From: a virus
DNA: 64,000 nucleotides
Reading direction: 5' to 3' (one strand)
Virus record (IMG/VR): IMGVR_UViG_3300015263_000653
Coordinates: 1 to 64,000 of that record
The translations under genes were made by a program, and so were the position numbers. The notes beneath the pieces were generated by a model that made no database searches, was not told where the DNA came from, and worked only from the letters and a program-made list of their open reading frames with translations. Shown piece after piece: positions 56,292 through 64,000 of this stretch (within the stretch, counting starts at the first letter, position 1; every line of letters starts with the position of its first letter).

Positions 56292-56903
56292 TTACCCAAA
56301 GGTGATATCGAGGCCAATTTTGACCTCAAACTTCGGGACATGCAGGTGGTTGGCAATCTTGTGCTTCTTTGCTTCTTTCGCCGTGAGGAACCAGTCCACA
56401 TGGTGATTCTCTTTGATCAGGTTGCCGATGTAGTCCGCTGGATGTCCCAAGTGTTTTGATACTCTCTTATACATCCTTTGGTTAAGATTGTCCATCTGTT
56501 TTGCGTCGGCTTTGATTTCTTCGACCTTTCCGCCTGTCATGCTGCCGACATCGTGAATCATCAGCCAAGCCTCGGGGTGCATGAACCTGTAACCTTCGGT
56601 CCCAAAACAAAAAAGAATCGCCCCTGCCGACATTGCTTTGGCCGTGAGGATCGTGGCAACAGGAATCTTGGAGTTCTCGATGGCAGCAACCATTCCGAGA
56701 ATTCCATAAGCACTGCCACCGAAAGAATCGATCACGATAGGGATGACTGGTTGGCCGGTGCTGTGGGCATCGTCCATTTCTTCTTCAAAGTCCTCCAGAG
56801 CATCTTCATCAAACTTGTTGACCCGGATCACCACCGGTTTGTCAAGGAGATCATCGAGTTTGTGTCGATGCAAGCGAGGGTCTACATTGATTATCGTTCT
56901 CAT
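56292..56903 (-). CDS. clpP: ClpP-family protease proteolytic subunit
   Basis: IDSFGG; AMSAGA (Ser); LMIHD (His); DWFLTAKEA (Asp). Confidence 0.9.
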   Translation of the reverse strand: MRTIINVDPRLHRHKLDDLLDKPVVIRVNKFDEDALEDFEEEMDDAHSTGQPVIPIVIDSFGGSAYGILGMVAAIENSKIPVATILTAKAMSAGAILFCFGTEGYRFMHPEAWLMIHDVGSMTGGKVEEIKADAKQMDNLNQRMYKRVSKHLGHPADYIGNLIKENHHVDWFLTAKEAKKHKIANHLHVPKFEVKIGLDITFG

Positions 56904-57616
56904 GTTTCCAACTTCCTGACCTCCTGTTGATGAATGTATGTGACACTGGCGGGAGGCACGCCCTGATTTAAGATGAAGCGAGCTTTTGCTTCACAAAGAG
57001 CCAACTTCGTGATGTTGCAGATCACCCCAAAATGGGTGATCAAGGTACAACTATGTGGCAATCCTTGCAATACAAATAGAGTACGTTGCAGGAAAGTCTG
57101 AGGCGATTCACTTCTAAGAATGAAGTCATCTTCTGTTTGCCAATCGAAGTTTGGAAACTTCTCACATCGATTGGAAAGGCAGAACTCTTCGTCATCTTCT
57201 AAGAAAGATGGAGTTTCTGCGATCAGGGGTTCGACAAGAACTTTGGTTCTTAAATTTCTTTGCAGGACATCGGCAGTGCGGAGACAGCGAAGGAATGGGC
57301 TGACGATGAACGTATGGTCTTCCGCATTTGAAGTGCGCAACAAAGAGGCGAGCGACTCGGCTTGTCGCTCGCCTTCACTGGAAATATCTGTATCGGGATC
57401 GTTGGTGTCGTCTACAAGGGCGTGCCGAATAAGCAGAATGTCCTTGTCGAAGAAATGATCGGTTTCGACTTCTCCGAGGAATTCCTGCGTCTCGGAGTTG
57501 AAGAATCCGCTGAGAATTTCTTCGTTTTGTTCTTGTTCTGTAAGTTTGCCAAAGGCATCTCCGTGGTTTACGCCAACCACGATCCGTCCCTTAACGTACA
57601 AAGCGGCCCTTCTCAT
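56900..57616 (-). CDS. histidine phosphatase superfamily protein
   Basis: LLIRHA; SPFLRCLRTA; LITHFGVI. Confidence 0.85.
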   Translation of the reverse strand: MRRAALYVKGRIVVGVNHGDAFGKLTEQEQNEEILSGFFNSETQEFLGEVETDHFFDKDILLIRHALVDDTNDPDTDISSEGERQAESLASLLRTSNAEDHTFIVSPFLRCLRTADVLQRNLRTKVLVEPLIAETPSFLEDDEEFCLSNRCEKFPNFDWQTEDDFILRSESPQTFLQRTLFVLQGLPHSCTLITHFGVICNITKLALCEAKARFILNQGVPPASVTYIHQQEVRKLET

Positions 57617-57717
57617 TGAACCCTCCCATCCTTTGATAAGGTTCCCGAAACCGACCGAAAATGCGTCGTGAGTAATATATAGTAATAGTCACTTAACATC
57701 CAGAGGAGAAATCTGCT

Positions 57718-57975
57718 ATGAGAGACTTTGTAAACTGGGCATACCAGAATGAGTTAGTTGATGTCTTCGAAGATGGAACGGTAGCTTGGAAAGAAGCCGC
57801 CATGCGTGGTCAACAGAAGGGCTCTCATAAAGAGAAGTTCGACGGTGGCCGTGATGGTCGCAAAGATCTGAGTGACGACTACAAGGACTATTGCCACATG
57901 ATGGGAACAGTCTGGCCTTACAAGGTAGTCGCTAAGGGCAAGGGCGGAAAAGCCGTAGCTCCGGTTGGCAAGTAA
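57718..57975 (+). CDS. hypothetical protein
   Basis: GAGGAG SD; AT-rich upstream region; followed by a terminator. Confidence 0.7.
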   Translation: MRDFVNWAYQNELVDVFEDGTVAWKEAAMRGQQKGSHKEKFDGGRDGRKDLSDDYKDYCHMMGTVWPYKVVAKGKGGKAVAPVGK

Positions 57976-58007
57976 CTGAATACCGACATCATCGATGAGT
58001 CAAAAGG

Positions 58008-58037
58008 AAAAGCCGACGAGCAATCGTCGGCTTTTTT
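58008..58037. terminator. bidirectional intrinsic terminator
   Basis: AAAAGCCGACGA-GCAA-TCGTCGGCTTTTTT. Confidence 0.85.
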
Positions 58038-58197
58038 AACTTATGCAAATCATTCCAATTTTCATCCCACACGGCCCAGACAAATGCCCTCATTGTGGGA
58101 AAGACCTCAAGGGTCCGCCACCAACCAGAAGAGATTGGTTGTGGTTGGGAATAATTTTGATGACCACCATCAATGTGCTTTTTTGGTTCTTTGTGCT

Positions 58198-58503
58198 TTA
58201 AGCAGTTTCTTCGAGAAATTCTTTCAAGAAGATTCTGTAGACTGTGGCGTAGGCAATTCCCCACTCTCGACTGTGGGCGTCCTTATTGTCATACCACGCC
58301 ATTGTATGCGCCCACTCATGCAACAAAACGTCAATCGCTTCATGCTCGGGCAGATGCCGGTCAATGCGAATCAGATACCGCTCACTCGAACGACGACAAT
58401 CCCCATCCAGATCTTTCGGCAAAGCAACACGACGGACGCTGACCGGCAAATCAGTGGAGAATCGTCTTTTGAGGAATAGGATGACACGTCTGTAAGTTCT
58501 CAC
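58198..58503 (-). CDS. small HEXXH metallopeptidase-like protein
   Basis: LLHEWAH…H..EWG. Confidence 0.75.
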   Translation of the reverse strand: MRTYRRVILFLKRRFSTDLPVSVRRVALPKDLDGDCRRSSERYLIRIDRHLPEHEAIDVLLHEWAHTMAWYDNKDAHSREWGIAYATVYRIFLKEFLEETA

Positions 58504-58527
58504 AACCGTATTTAACGGTTATGAAAA

Positions 58528-59178
58528 TCAATTCTGCACAAACTGGACCACAACCTCGGGTTCCACCAGTTCATTCAACTCTCGAAATTCCTTCGCATGT
58601 TCTTCACGATCCTCCCAGATTACAACTTTTGTGATGGAAGGATGTGATGTGAGGTACTGGTCGATGATCCAGAACTTCCATGGAAGAGTTTCGCTGGGAA
58701 TGGTTCCCTGTGGTGCTGGCCCTTTATCGCCGAGAAACCAGCATGTAATCTGAGAATCAACGATATCACAGAAGAGATCCTTCTGAGACTTCTTGCGTCG
58801 AATCTCTACCAAGCCGCCATCGCCAGCGATTCGGAGCACCTGATTACGCAGTCCGCCGTGTCGCCCCGTCATCAGGAGCGTGATTGTCTCTGGATTGGCC
58901 TTGCTCTCCTTCAGAGCTTGGCACGGCTCGGGGATGAACAGGTCTTTTGGAGTCGGATCAGGGACCAATGGCGGTTCCAGAGTTTCCCGACGCCCGAACC
59001 AGCCCCGCCGCATTCCGATGAATTTCCCGTGCTTTTTCGAGAGTTCACGGGACTTATTCTTGTCGATGAGCCATGGAATCCCCGTGGCCTTCTCGAATTT
59101 CCGCCTGTTTTCCGGCGTATCCAGAGGTGTTTTGACGAGAGTTCCGTCGAAATCGAAGATGTCTAATTGGGTTGCCAT
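58528..59178 (-). CDS. HAD-superfamily phosphatase (Swiss Army Knife RNA-repair-like HAD)
   Basis: IFDFDGTL; LMTGR; K; IWEDR..H. Confidence 0.85.
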   Translation of the reverse strand: MATQLDIFDFDGTLVKTPLDTPENRRKFEKATGIPWLIDKNKSRELSKKHGKFIGMRRGWFGRRETLEPPLVPDPTPKDLFIPEPCQALKESKANPETITLLMTGRHGGLRNQVLRIAGDGGLVEIRRKKSQKDLFCDIVDSQITCWFLGDKGPAPQGTIPSETLPWKFWIIDQYLTSHPSITKVVIWEDREEHAKEFRELNELVEPEVVVQFVQN

Positions 59179-59307
59179 CCTTGGCTCTCCTTTCACTTTT
59201 GGCCCGAAATGGATTGTCCCACAATTCAATCAAAGGCGCAATACCTTTGTTTCTCTGACACTTGCGGTGAATTCGGGTTCGCTTCCAAATTTTTTTTCGT
59301 GGGACCG

Positions 59308-59335
59308 TTGACAGCCAGATTCCATTCGATATCTT
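59308..59335 (+). promoter_or_regulatory. possible sigma70 promoter
   Basis: TTGACA-16-TATCTT. Confidence 0.5.
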
Positions 59336-59405
59336 ATGACCATCGCACTTGCGAGCGGCCAAAACGAGACGCAAACGAGTGCAGAAAAAAAATGAAAACA
59401 GTGAG

Positions 59406-59434
59406 TTGACAACCGCAACACGAAAGGATAAAAC
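59406..59434 (+). promoter_or_regulatory. sigma70 promoter upstream of the large ncRNA candidate
   Basis: TTGACA-17-TAAAAC with an A-tract upstream. Confidence 0.7.
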
Positions 59435-59437
59435 AAC

Positions 59438-60477
59438 GAACATGACAGTCATCGCCGGGAAACGCAACACCGTTTGTGACACAAGGTTATGACTGTTCAC
59501 TGAGTCCATCGGGAAACCTTAGAAGGGGTAGGAAACTGCAACTTCTAAGAGTACGAAACCCAAAACCATCAAAGCGAAGTAAGGTTGTCTTATAGAAGAG
59601 ATTCTTTAAGACGGCGACTGCTTCGAGGGTGGGCACGATCCGAAAGTTCAGACACTACTTCTGAGATGCGTCAAGGAAGCAAGACTGTTCTATAAGGTGA
59701 GTGGCGATTCAGGCTAACCATAGGTGGAGACACCGAGTCCGTCAGTACAACGGACGAGTTGGGTAAACCTGAGATCGCAAACCGATGGCGGGCACCAATG
59801 TCTGGGTGCAGTTGGTCGTATGAAGCCCAAACCCAGAAATGGGGTAAGGAGAAAAGGGCCAACATCACGGAGGAGTTCAGACCCATGCTGGGAAACGAAG
59901 GCATCGGCAGATGTCTCCAGTAATGATCTGAGCTAACTACCCAGACTGAGAGAGCGGCTAAATCAAAGGGCGTCGTGCCGTGACAAACGGAGACGAAGTA
60001 AGTGGGTGAATAGCCTACCAAAAGCAGCACCCTTTGGGAACGCCGTCCGCAAGGAGAACCAGAGTCGTTCTGGAATACTCTCGATGAGCCTACGAGGTAA
60101 CACGGCCTCGTTAGAAATGGCGCAGGACCGAACCTGCGACGACAAAAAGGAACTTGGGAGAATGACACCGAGGCGAAGGCATTCGAAAGAGATGGTCACT
60201 TGTTGAAGGGCTAACCGCTGGTAACAGGCGTACTCCTGACGATGAGCGAACATTGTTTGAAGTCTGCAAGAGCTAAAAGTCGTCAACCCAAGATCGGTGC
60301 TTGAAAGGTCAAACTGATGGTCGGGGGAGAGAACCTCCTCTGAAGGTGAGTGCTACCTTTCAAGAAGGCTGCGTAAAGACCGAGTAAACGTGGCGGCGAT
60401 ACGGAAAGTGTCGTTGCACAAAGCACTTGCTGAGGGAAGCCCGGTCCAACCGAAAGGTTGGGCCGGGTTTTTCTTTT
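59438..60477 (+). ncRNA. large (~1 kb) structured non-coding RNA candidate
   Basis: no credible ORF; many helices and GNRA loops; bounded by promoter and terminator. Confidence 0.7.
60438..60477 (+). terminator. intrinsic terminator
   Basis: AGCCCGGTCCAACC-GAAA-GGTTGGGCCGGGTT + T-tract. Confidence 0.88.
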
Positions 60478-60586
60478 CCTTCCCTTCCTTGACCATCGGT
60501 CAACTCCGTCCTAAAATGAAACATTCAACCAGCCGTATCGTGCGGCGGTTAGCGACAATCTGTTTCTGATTGGAGGTTTAGCCACC

Positions 60587-60847
60587 ATGGCGCAACCTAA
60601 CGAGTTCGTTCTTGCAAAGGACGACAACGGAAGACATTTCGAAGAATTCTGTGGAGAAGACGAGCCAGACAAGCTCATGGAGATCACCCAGCGAGCTTTG
60701 GCTGGAACTCTGGGAGGCCATGTACCGGTTCCCGGAGAGCGGTATGCGGGGCGTCTGTATGGATACCCCGGTCGCATTCTCGTCAAGCTGACACGTCGTC
60801 GCCCGAAGCACATCCGGCGACAAGGCCGTCTGATCAAAGTGGCGTAG
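60587..60847 (+). CDS. hypothetical protein
   Basis: GGAGG SD; followed by a terminator. Confidence 0.7.
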   Translation: MAQPNEFVLAKDDNGRHFEEFCGEDEPDKLMEITQRALAGTLGGHVPVPGERYAGRLYGYPGRILVKLTRRRPKHIRRQGRLIKVA

Positions 60848-60886
60848 GTTTCTCCAGATGGTTCCCTGCCTCTGGTTTCTGCGGTG

Positions 60887-60926
60887 AGAGCCGCTTCCCT
60901 TCACGGGGAGGCGGCTCTTTTTCTTT
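60887..60926 (+). terminator. intrinsic terminator
   Basis: AGAGCCGCTTCCC…GGGAGGCGGCTCT + T-tract. Confidence 0.8.
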
Positions 60927-62257
60927 CAGTAGATCTCTTCCCAGTTGAGCGATCCGTAACTCAGCGTCGAGCTTCCGGTGACGCTGGTGATCACAATGCT
61001 CAACACGTCGCTGTTTGTCAGCGATTGTTTGGAAAGCAAACCTTCTCCCAGTCCAGAATTTGTGTTGTTGCCCTGAGCGTTGGCCGGAACGTATCCCGAG
61101 GCCACGATCTGTCCGCCAGTGATCGCTGTGGCAGCAACATCTCTTTCTGCCAAGCTGTTGCTGCCGACCGATGCCCATGATGGCCCGGTGAGGGTTCCGC
61201 CGAGAACCACCTCGAAGAAAATGTTCTCCGAAGCGGACAAGACAGAGAAGGCAGTGGGGACTATGTGCCCATGGTTCGTCAGGGTGTTGAAGAGTGCCGA
61301 CTTTCTGACCGAAAGAATCGGCCTTCTCGTTGTGACTGCGATTCCAGTTGCGCCATTGGCTGCTGAGAATGGATAGCCTTCTCTCTCAAGGCCACCCTCG
61401 CTGATCACAGCCGAACAAATCTGGATGAGATCGGTGTTGCTGGCTGATGTTGATGTGTTCTCGATCTCATATCGCAGCGGCAAATTCGCCGTCTGGGTGT
61501 AAACCATCGTGACGAAGTTTGCGTGCAAAAATTCGTGGCAGTAAACCAGAACACCATCGATGTCAAAACCAAAGCGAACTCGGCCCACACCCAACCATTG
61601 AAAGTCGATCACAAAGATGTGTGCTTTCGAGATGTCGAGAGTTTTGCCTGAGTTGCCAGAGCCATCGAGCGGATCGAGATTCCAAGATGATTGAGAAACA
61701 GGCGTGTTGACGACAGAGCCACTGGCCGAGGATCGGATAACCACCTTGAGGTTGTCGGCGTCCTGCTCGAAGAACATTCCATCTGAATCTTCGAAGTATC
61801 CGATTCGCTGAACAACACCGGTTTTCTTGGCTCCCATCACGCCGGTCATGAAGATCTGTTGGCTCTTGCCCGGCAGATAACGGAAGTATCTCTTGGTTGT
61901 CCGAGTTACCTTGTCGCCGCTGGCGGTTCCAACTCTCAATCGAACAGATGATTGGTCGGCCAGATGGGCAATCGTGCCGCCGCCTGATGTCGAATCGCTC
62001 CAGACAAGAGGTTGAGTGTTGTACTGGTGCTGGACTTCGAAGATCGTGAGGGGGTTGGAGACTCGGAACCGACCGAACGCATCTTGTGTTGCAGTTGGGA
62101 GCCGTACAGGAATTGGATTGATCAGTGATGCGTCGGTTGCTGTCCCGTCTGCGCCGTATTGGAGTTTTACTCGTTGGTGCTGTACGCCGCCGATCTCGTC
62201 TGTGGCAACGCTGGCCCCTTTGGTTTTCGGTTGATTGATTATTACGTTGTCTGTCAC
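60926..62257 (-). CDS. probable virion structural/beta-sandwich protein
   Basis: DAFGRFRVSNP.T.F; YLPGKSQ; IDFQWLGVGRVRFG; ANLPLRYEI motifs recur in large-phage proteins. Confidence 0.75.
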   Translation of the reverse strand: MTDNVIINQPKTKGASVATDEIGGVQHQRVKLQYGADGTATDASLINPIPVRLPTATQDAFGRFRVSNPLTIFEVQHQYNTQPLVWSDSTSGGGTIAHLADQSSVRLRVGTASGDKVTRTTKRYFRYLPGKSQQIFMTGVMGAKKTGVVQRIGYFEDSDGMFFEQDADNLKVVIRSSASGSVVNTPVSQSSWNLDPLDGSGNSGKTLDISKAHIFVIDFQWLGVGRVRFGFDIDGVLVYCHEFLHANFVTMVYTQTANLPLRYEIENTSTSASNTDLIQICSAVISEGGLEREGYPFSAANGATGIAVTTRRPILSVRKSALFNTLTNHGHIVPTAFSVLSASENIFFEVVLGGTLTGPSWASVGSNSLAERDVAATAITGGQIVASGYVPANAQGNNTNSGLGEGLLSKQSLTNSDVLSIVITSVTGSSTLSYGSLNWEEIY

Positions 62258-62667
62258 TCTTGCCCCTTGATGAATCTATCCATCCGTTTGTCTTCGAAGA
62301 TCGCTCGCAAGTTTTGGTTGCAAACGGTGATAGGGGGCACAATGGCCCGGCTGTTCCGGCCCTCGAAGTCTCGACGACGAATCATTGCCATTGCTTCGAC
62401 GAATTTGGTGTCAACGGAGTGTGGGCCGCAGATGTAATCGCCGTCGTCATACTCAAAATTGTTGTTGAACAGCAGCAGCATGAATTCCCCCGTTTGTATA
62501 TATGCGCCCCGAATCTCGCTTGCATCCGGGTGGACATGTGCTACTATCCGATTGGCTCGGTTGAGTTCACCTGCGTTCCGGTTGAGGCCCGCACTGGAAT
62601 CCAGATGAACCTCCGAGCCATTTTTGTGCGCATGAAAAAAAAAAGCCGCCCCCGAAGAGACGGCCAC
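62254..62667 (-). CDS. hypothetical protein
   Basis: coupled to the downstream gene; start uncertain. Confidence 0.65.
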   Translation of the reverse strand: MAVSSGAAFFFHAHKNGSEVHLDSSAGLNRNAGELNRANRIVAHVHPDASEIRGAYIQTGEFMLLLFNNNFEYDDGDYICGPHSVDTKFVEAMAMIRRRDFEGRNSRAIVPPITVCNQNLRAIFEDKRMDRFIKGQE

Positions 62668-62691
62668 ATGTACCTGTAGCGAAATTCCAAA

Positions 62692-64000
62692 TCAAACAGG
62701 TCGCATGTATTCCATGTGTTTGCGGAAGTTGTCGAGTTCGAGGTTTCTCTTTCTCTCCTCGATTCCATCCTTGTCCTGCTGGCCCGTGAACGGGTCGATC
62801 AGATCGAGGAACGCATCGTCGATGGTTTCTTGCCCATCTTCGCTCGACTTGTAGACCTTCACTCTGGGGCTCTTGCTGAAGCCGAGGAAGGCGTCAACCA
62901 CGCTACCGTCGAGGCCACCGAGTTTGGTTCCCCACTCTCGAAGTTTTCGGCCCGAAATACCGCTGCTCATCATGCCGTTGGTGAGATCCATGAGCGTGTT
63001 ACCGTCCATGTTCTCATTCATTCCAAGGCTCTTGATGAGGAAGGCGATCTTCTTCATGTCCTTCTGATCCAAACCAAGATCTTCCAACATCTCAGGTGGG
63101 TTGCCACGCAAGGCCCAAGCGAGCGGCATGTGCTTGTCGCCCATCTCGGAAAGTTCTTTGGGCAGATCGCCGTCGATCATCTTGCCGGGGAACAAGGAAT
63201 CCAGCAGGCCGAAGTCCTTGAACAGCTTCAGGAACTTTCTGGTATCTGTGTCGTCCTTGTCCATGCACTTCTTGAATTCGCCCATCTTGGTCTTGGAGTC
63301 CAGCTTAGACAGAAGTTCTGGGCCAAGTTTGGCAATGGTTTCTCTGTCTTCAACTGGAACCTTCTTCGAATCACCATAGCCGTTCATGAACCGCATATAA
63401 CGCATGAGGCGTTTTGGGTCTTCCTTGAACTTCTTCTTCATGTCGCCGATAGGAACAACCTTGCCCGCTGCCATGTGATGGATTCCACCGTGAAAGTCAG
63501 TCAGTTCTTTGTTGGGGCCGTTGTCATTACTCAGAAGGATATACATCCCGTTCATCGTAAAGTCACGGCTGTTGGAATCATCACCTTGGGTTCCGGGTTC
63601 TCTGTCCCCATCAACGCCACGAGGTGACTTGGTGAAGCATTCGAGTTCGAATTCGTCTTCATTGACCTTGAGTCCGAAGACAAAGGGTCGGCCATTCTTA
63701 TTGGCCTGTTGCACCCAGAACAACTGGTTAGCACCTTCCTTCTTATTCGGATTTGCATGGGCACTCTTAGAAGATGAGCCATCGTTCTTGATGAACGAGA
63801 ATCCGTTCTGCTTCAGAAGGTGATACACTTCGTCTGGGGAAGCATTGGTCGCCAGTTCGATATTTCTGGCTTTGCGGCCTGCGAGATAGTCTCGGACAGC
63901 ACCACCGGCGAGGTACAATTTCTTGCCAGAGATCTTCACTGGCTTGTCTTCACCGCTGGCGTCATCTTTGGACCAACCCCAGTTGCCGCCTGATTTGAAA
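62692..64000 (-). CDS. CCA-adding enzyme/poly(A) polymerase family nucleotidyltransferase (5' end probably outside the window; catalytic motif degenerate)
   Basis: LYLAGGAVRDYL; RDFTMN; DFHGG; FKEDPKRLMRYMRF. Confidence 0.88.
   Translation of the reverse strand, partial: FKSGGNWGWSKDDASGEDKPVKISGKKLYLAGGAVRDYLAGRKARNIELATNASPDEVYHLLKQNGFSFIKNDGSSSKSAHANPNKKEGANQLFWVQQANKNGRPFVFGLKVNEDEFELECFTKSPRGVDGDREPGTQGDDSNSRDFTMNGMYILLSNDNGPNKELTDFHGGIHHMAAGKVVPIGDMKKKFKEDPKRLMRYMRFMNGYGDSKKVPVEDRETIAKLGPELLSKLDSKTKMGEFKKCMDKDDTDTRKFLKLFKDFGLLDSLFPGKMIDGDLPKELSEMGDKHMPLAWALRGNPPEMLEDLGLDQKDMKKIAFLIKSLGMNENMDGNTLMDLTNGMMSSGISGRKLREWGTKLGGLDGSVVDAFLGFSKSPRVKVYKSSEDGQETIDDAFLDLIDPFTGQQDKDGIEERKRNLELDNFRKHMEYMRPV

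Noticed and set aside
59438-60477. Group II intron, RNase P RNA or rRNA
   Set aside because: I found no GTGCG 5' end or domain V, no GAGGAAAGTCC, and no rRNA signature. The region interrupts no gene and has its own promoter and terminator.
32692-63823. Plus-strand ORFs overlapping the minus-strand operons (e.g. 34734-35405, 42853-43659, 49063-49794, 62716-63627)
   Set aside because: They are shadows of well-supported minus-strand genes that carry conserved motifs and translational coupling.
1-64000. Stop-codon reassignment (seen in some large phages)
   Set aside because: Recognisable genes are intact in code 11, and TAA, TGA and TAG all terminate plausible genes.

Overview
The window looks like part of a large (jumbo-type) phage genome, possibly with a Planctomycetota host. 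That host call is an inference from the HU type, a DUF3568-like lipoprotein and moderately high GC. It has two sharply different halves. (1) 1-~32.5 kb is a single-orientation (+ strand) array of about 78 short, unrelated, mostly hypothetical genes plus several non-coding structured units. The units are separated by about 100 copies (manual count) of a non-palindromic 13-mer, TAACACCCGCTTG. Its TAA/TGA is usually the stop codon of the upstream gene, and it is commonly followed by N6-GT, an A/C-rich leader (ACAACACACAACAC) and a GGAGA Shine-Dalgarno. Neighbouring junctions often share extended identity. Non-coding units fold into stems that run from one repeat to the next, and in-frame copies of the repeat appear to fuse protein modules. 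This repeat-delimited cassette array is the main candidate for an undescribed system; no recombinase or RNA polymerase is visible in the window. (2) ~32.7-64 kb is a conventional, densely packed, mostly minus-strand region in which I saw no copy of the repeat. It holds hypotheticals and auxiliary genes: Rieske oxygenase, HU, VOC protein, rhomboid, RNase HI, RmlB, M14 peptidase, AAA ATPase, ClpP, His-phosphatase, HAD, a degenerate CCA-type nucleotidyltransferase and a possible histone-fold protein. It also contains a ~1 kb promoter- and terminator-bounded structured ncRNA candidate at ~59.44-60.48 kb. All calls were made by eye; no searches were run.
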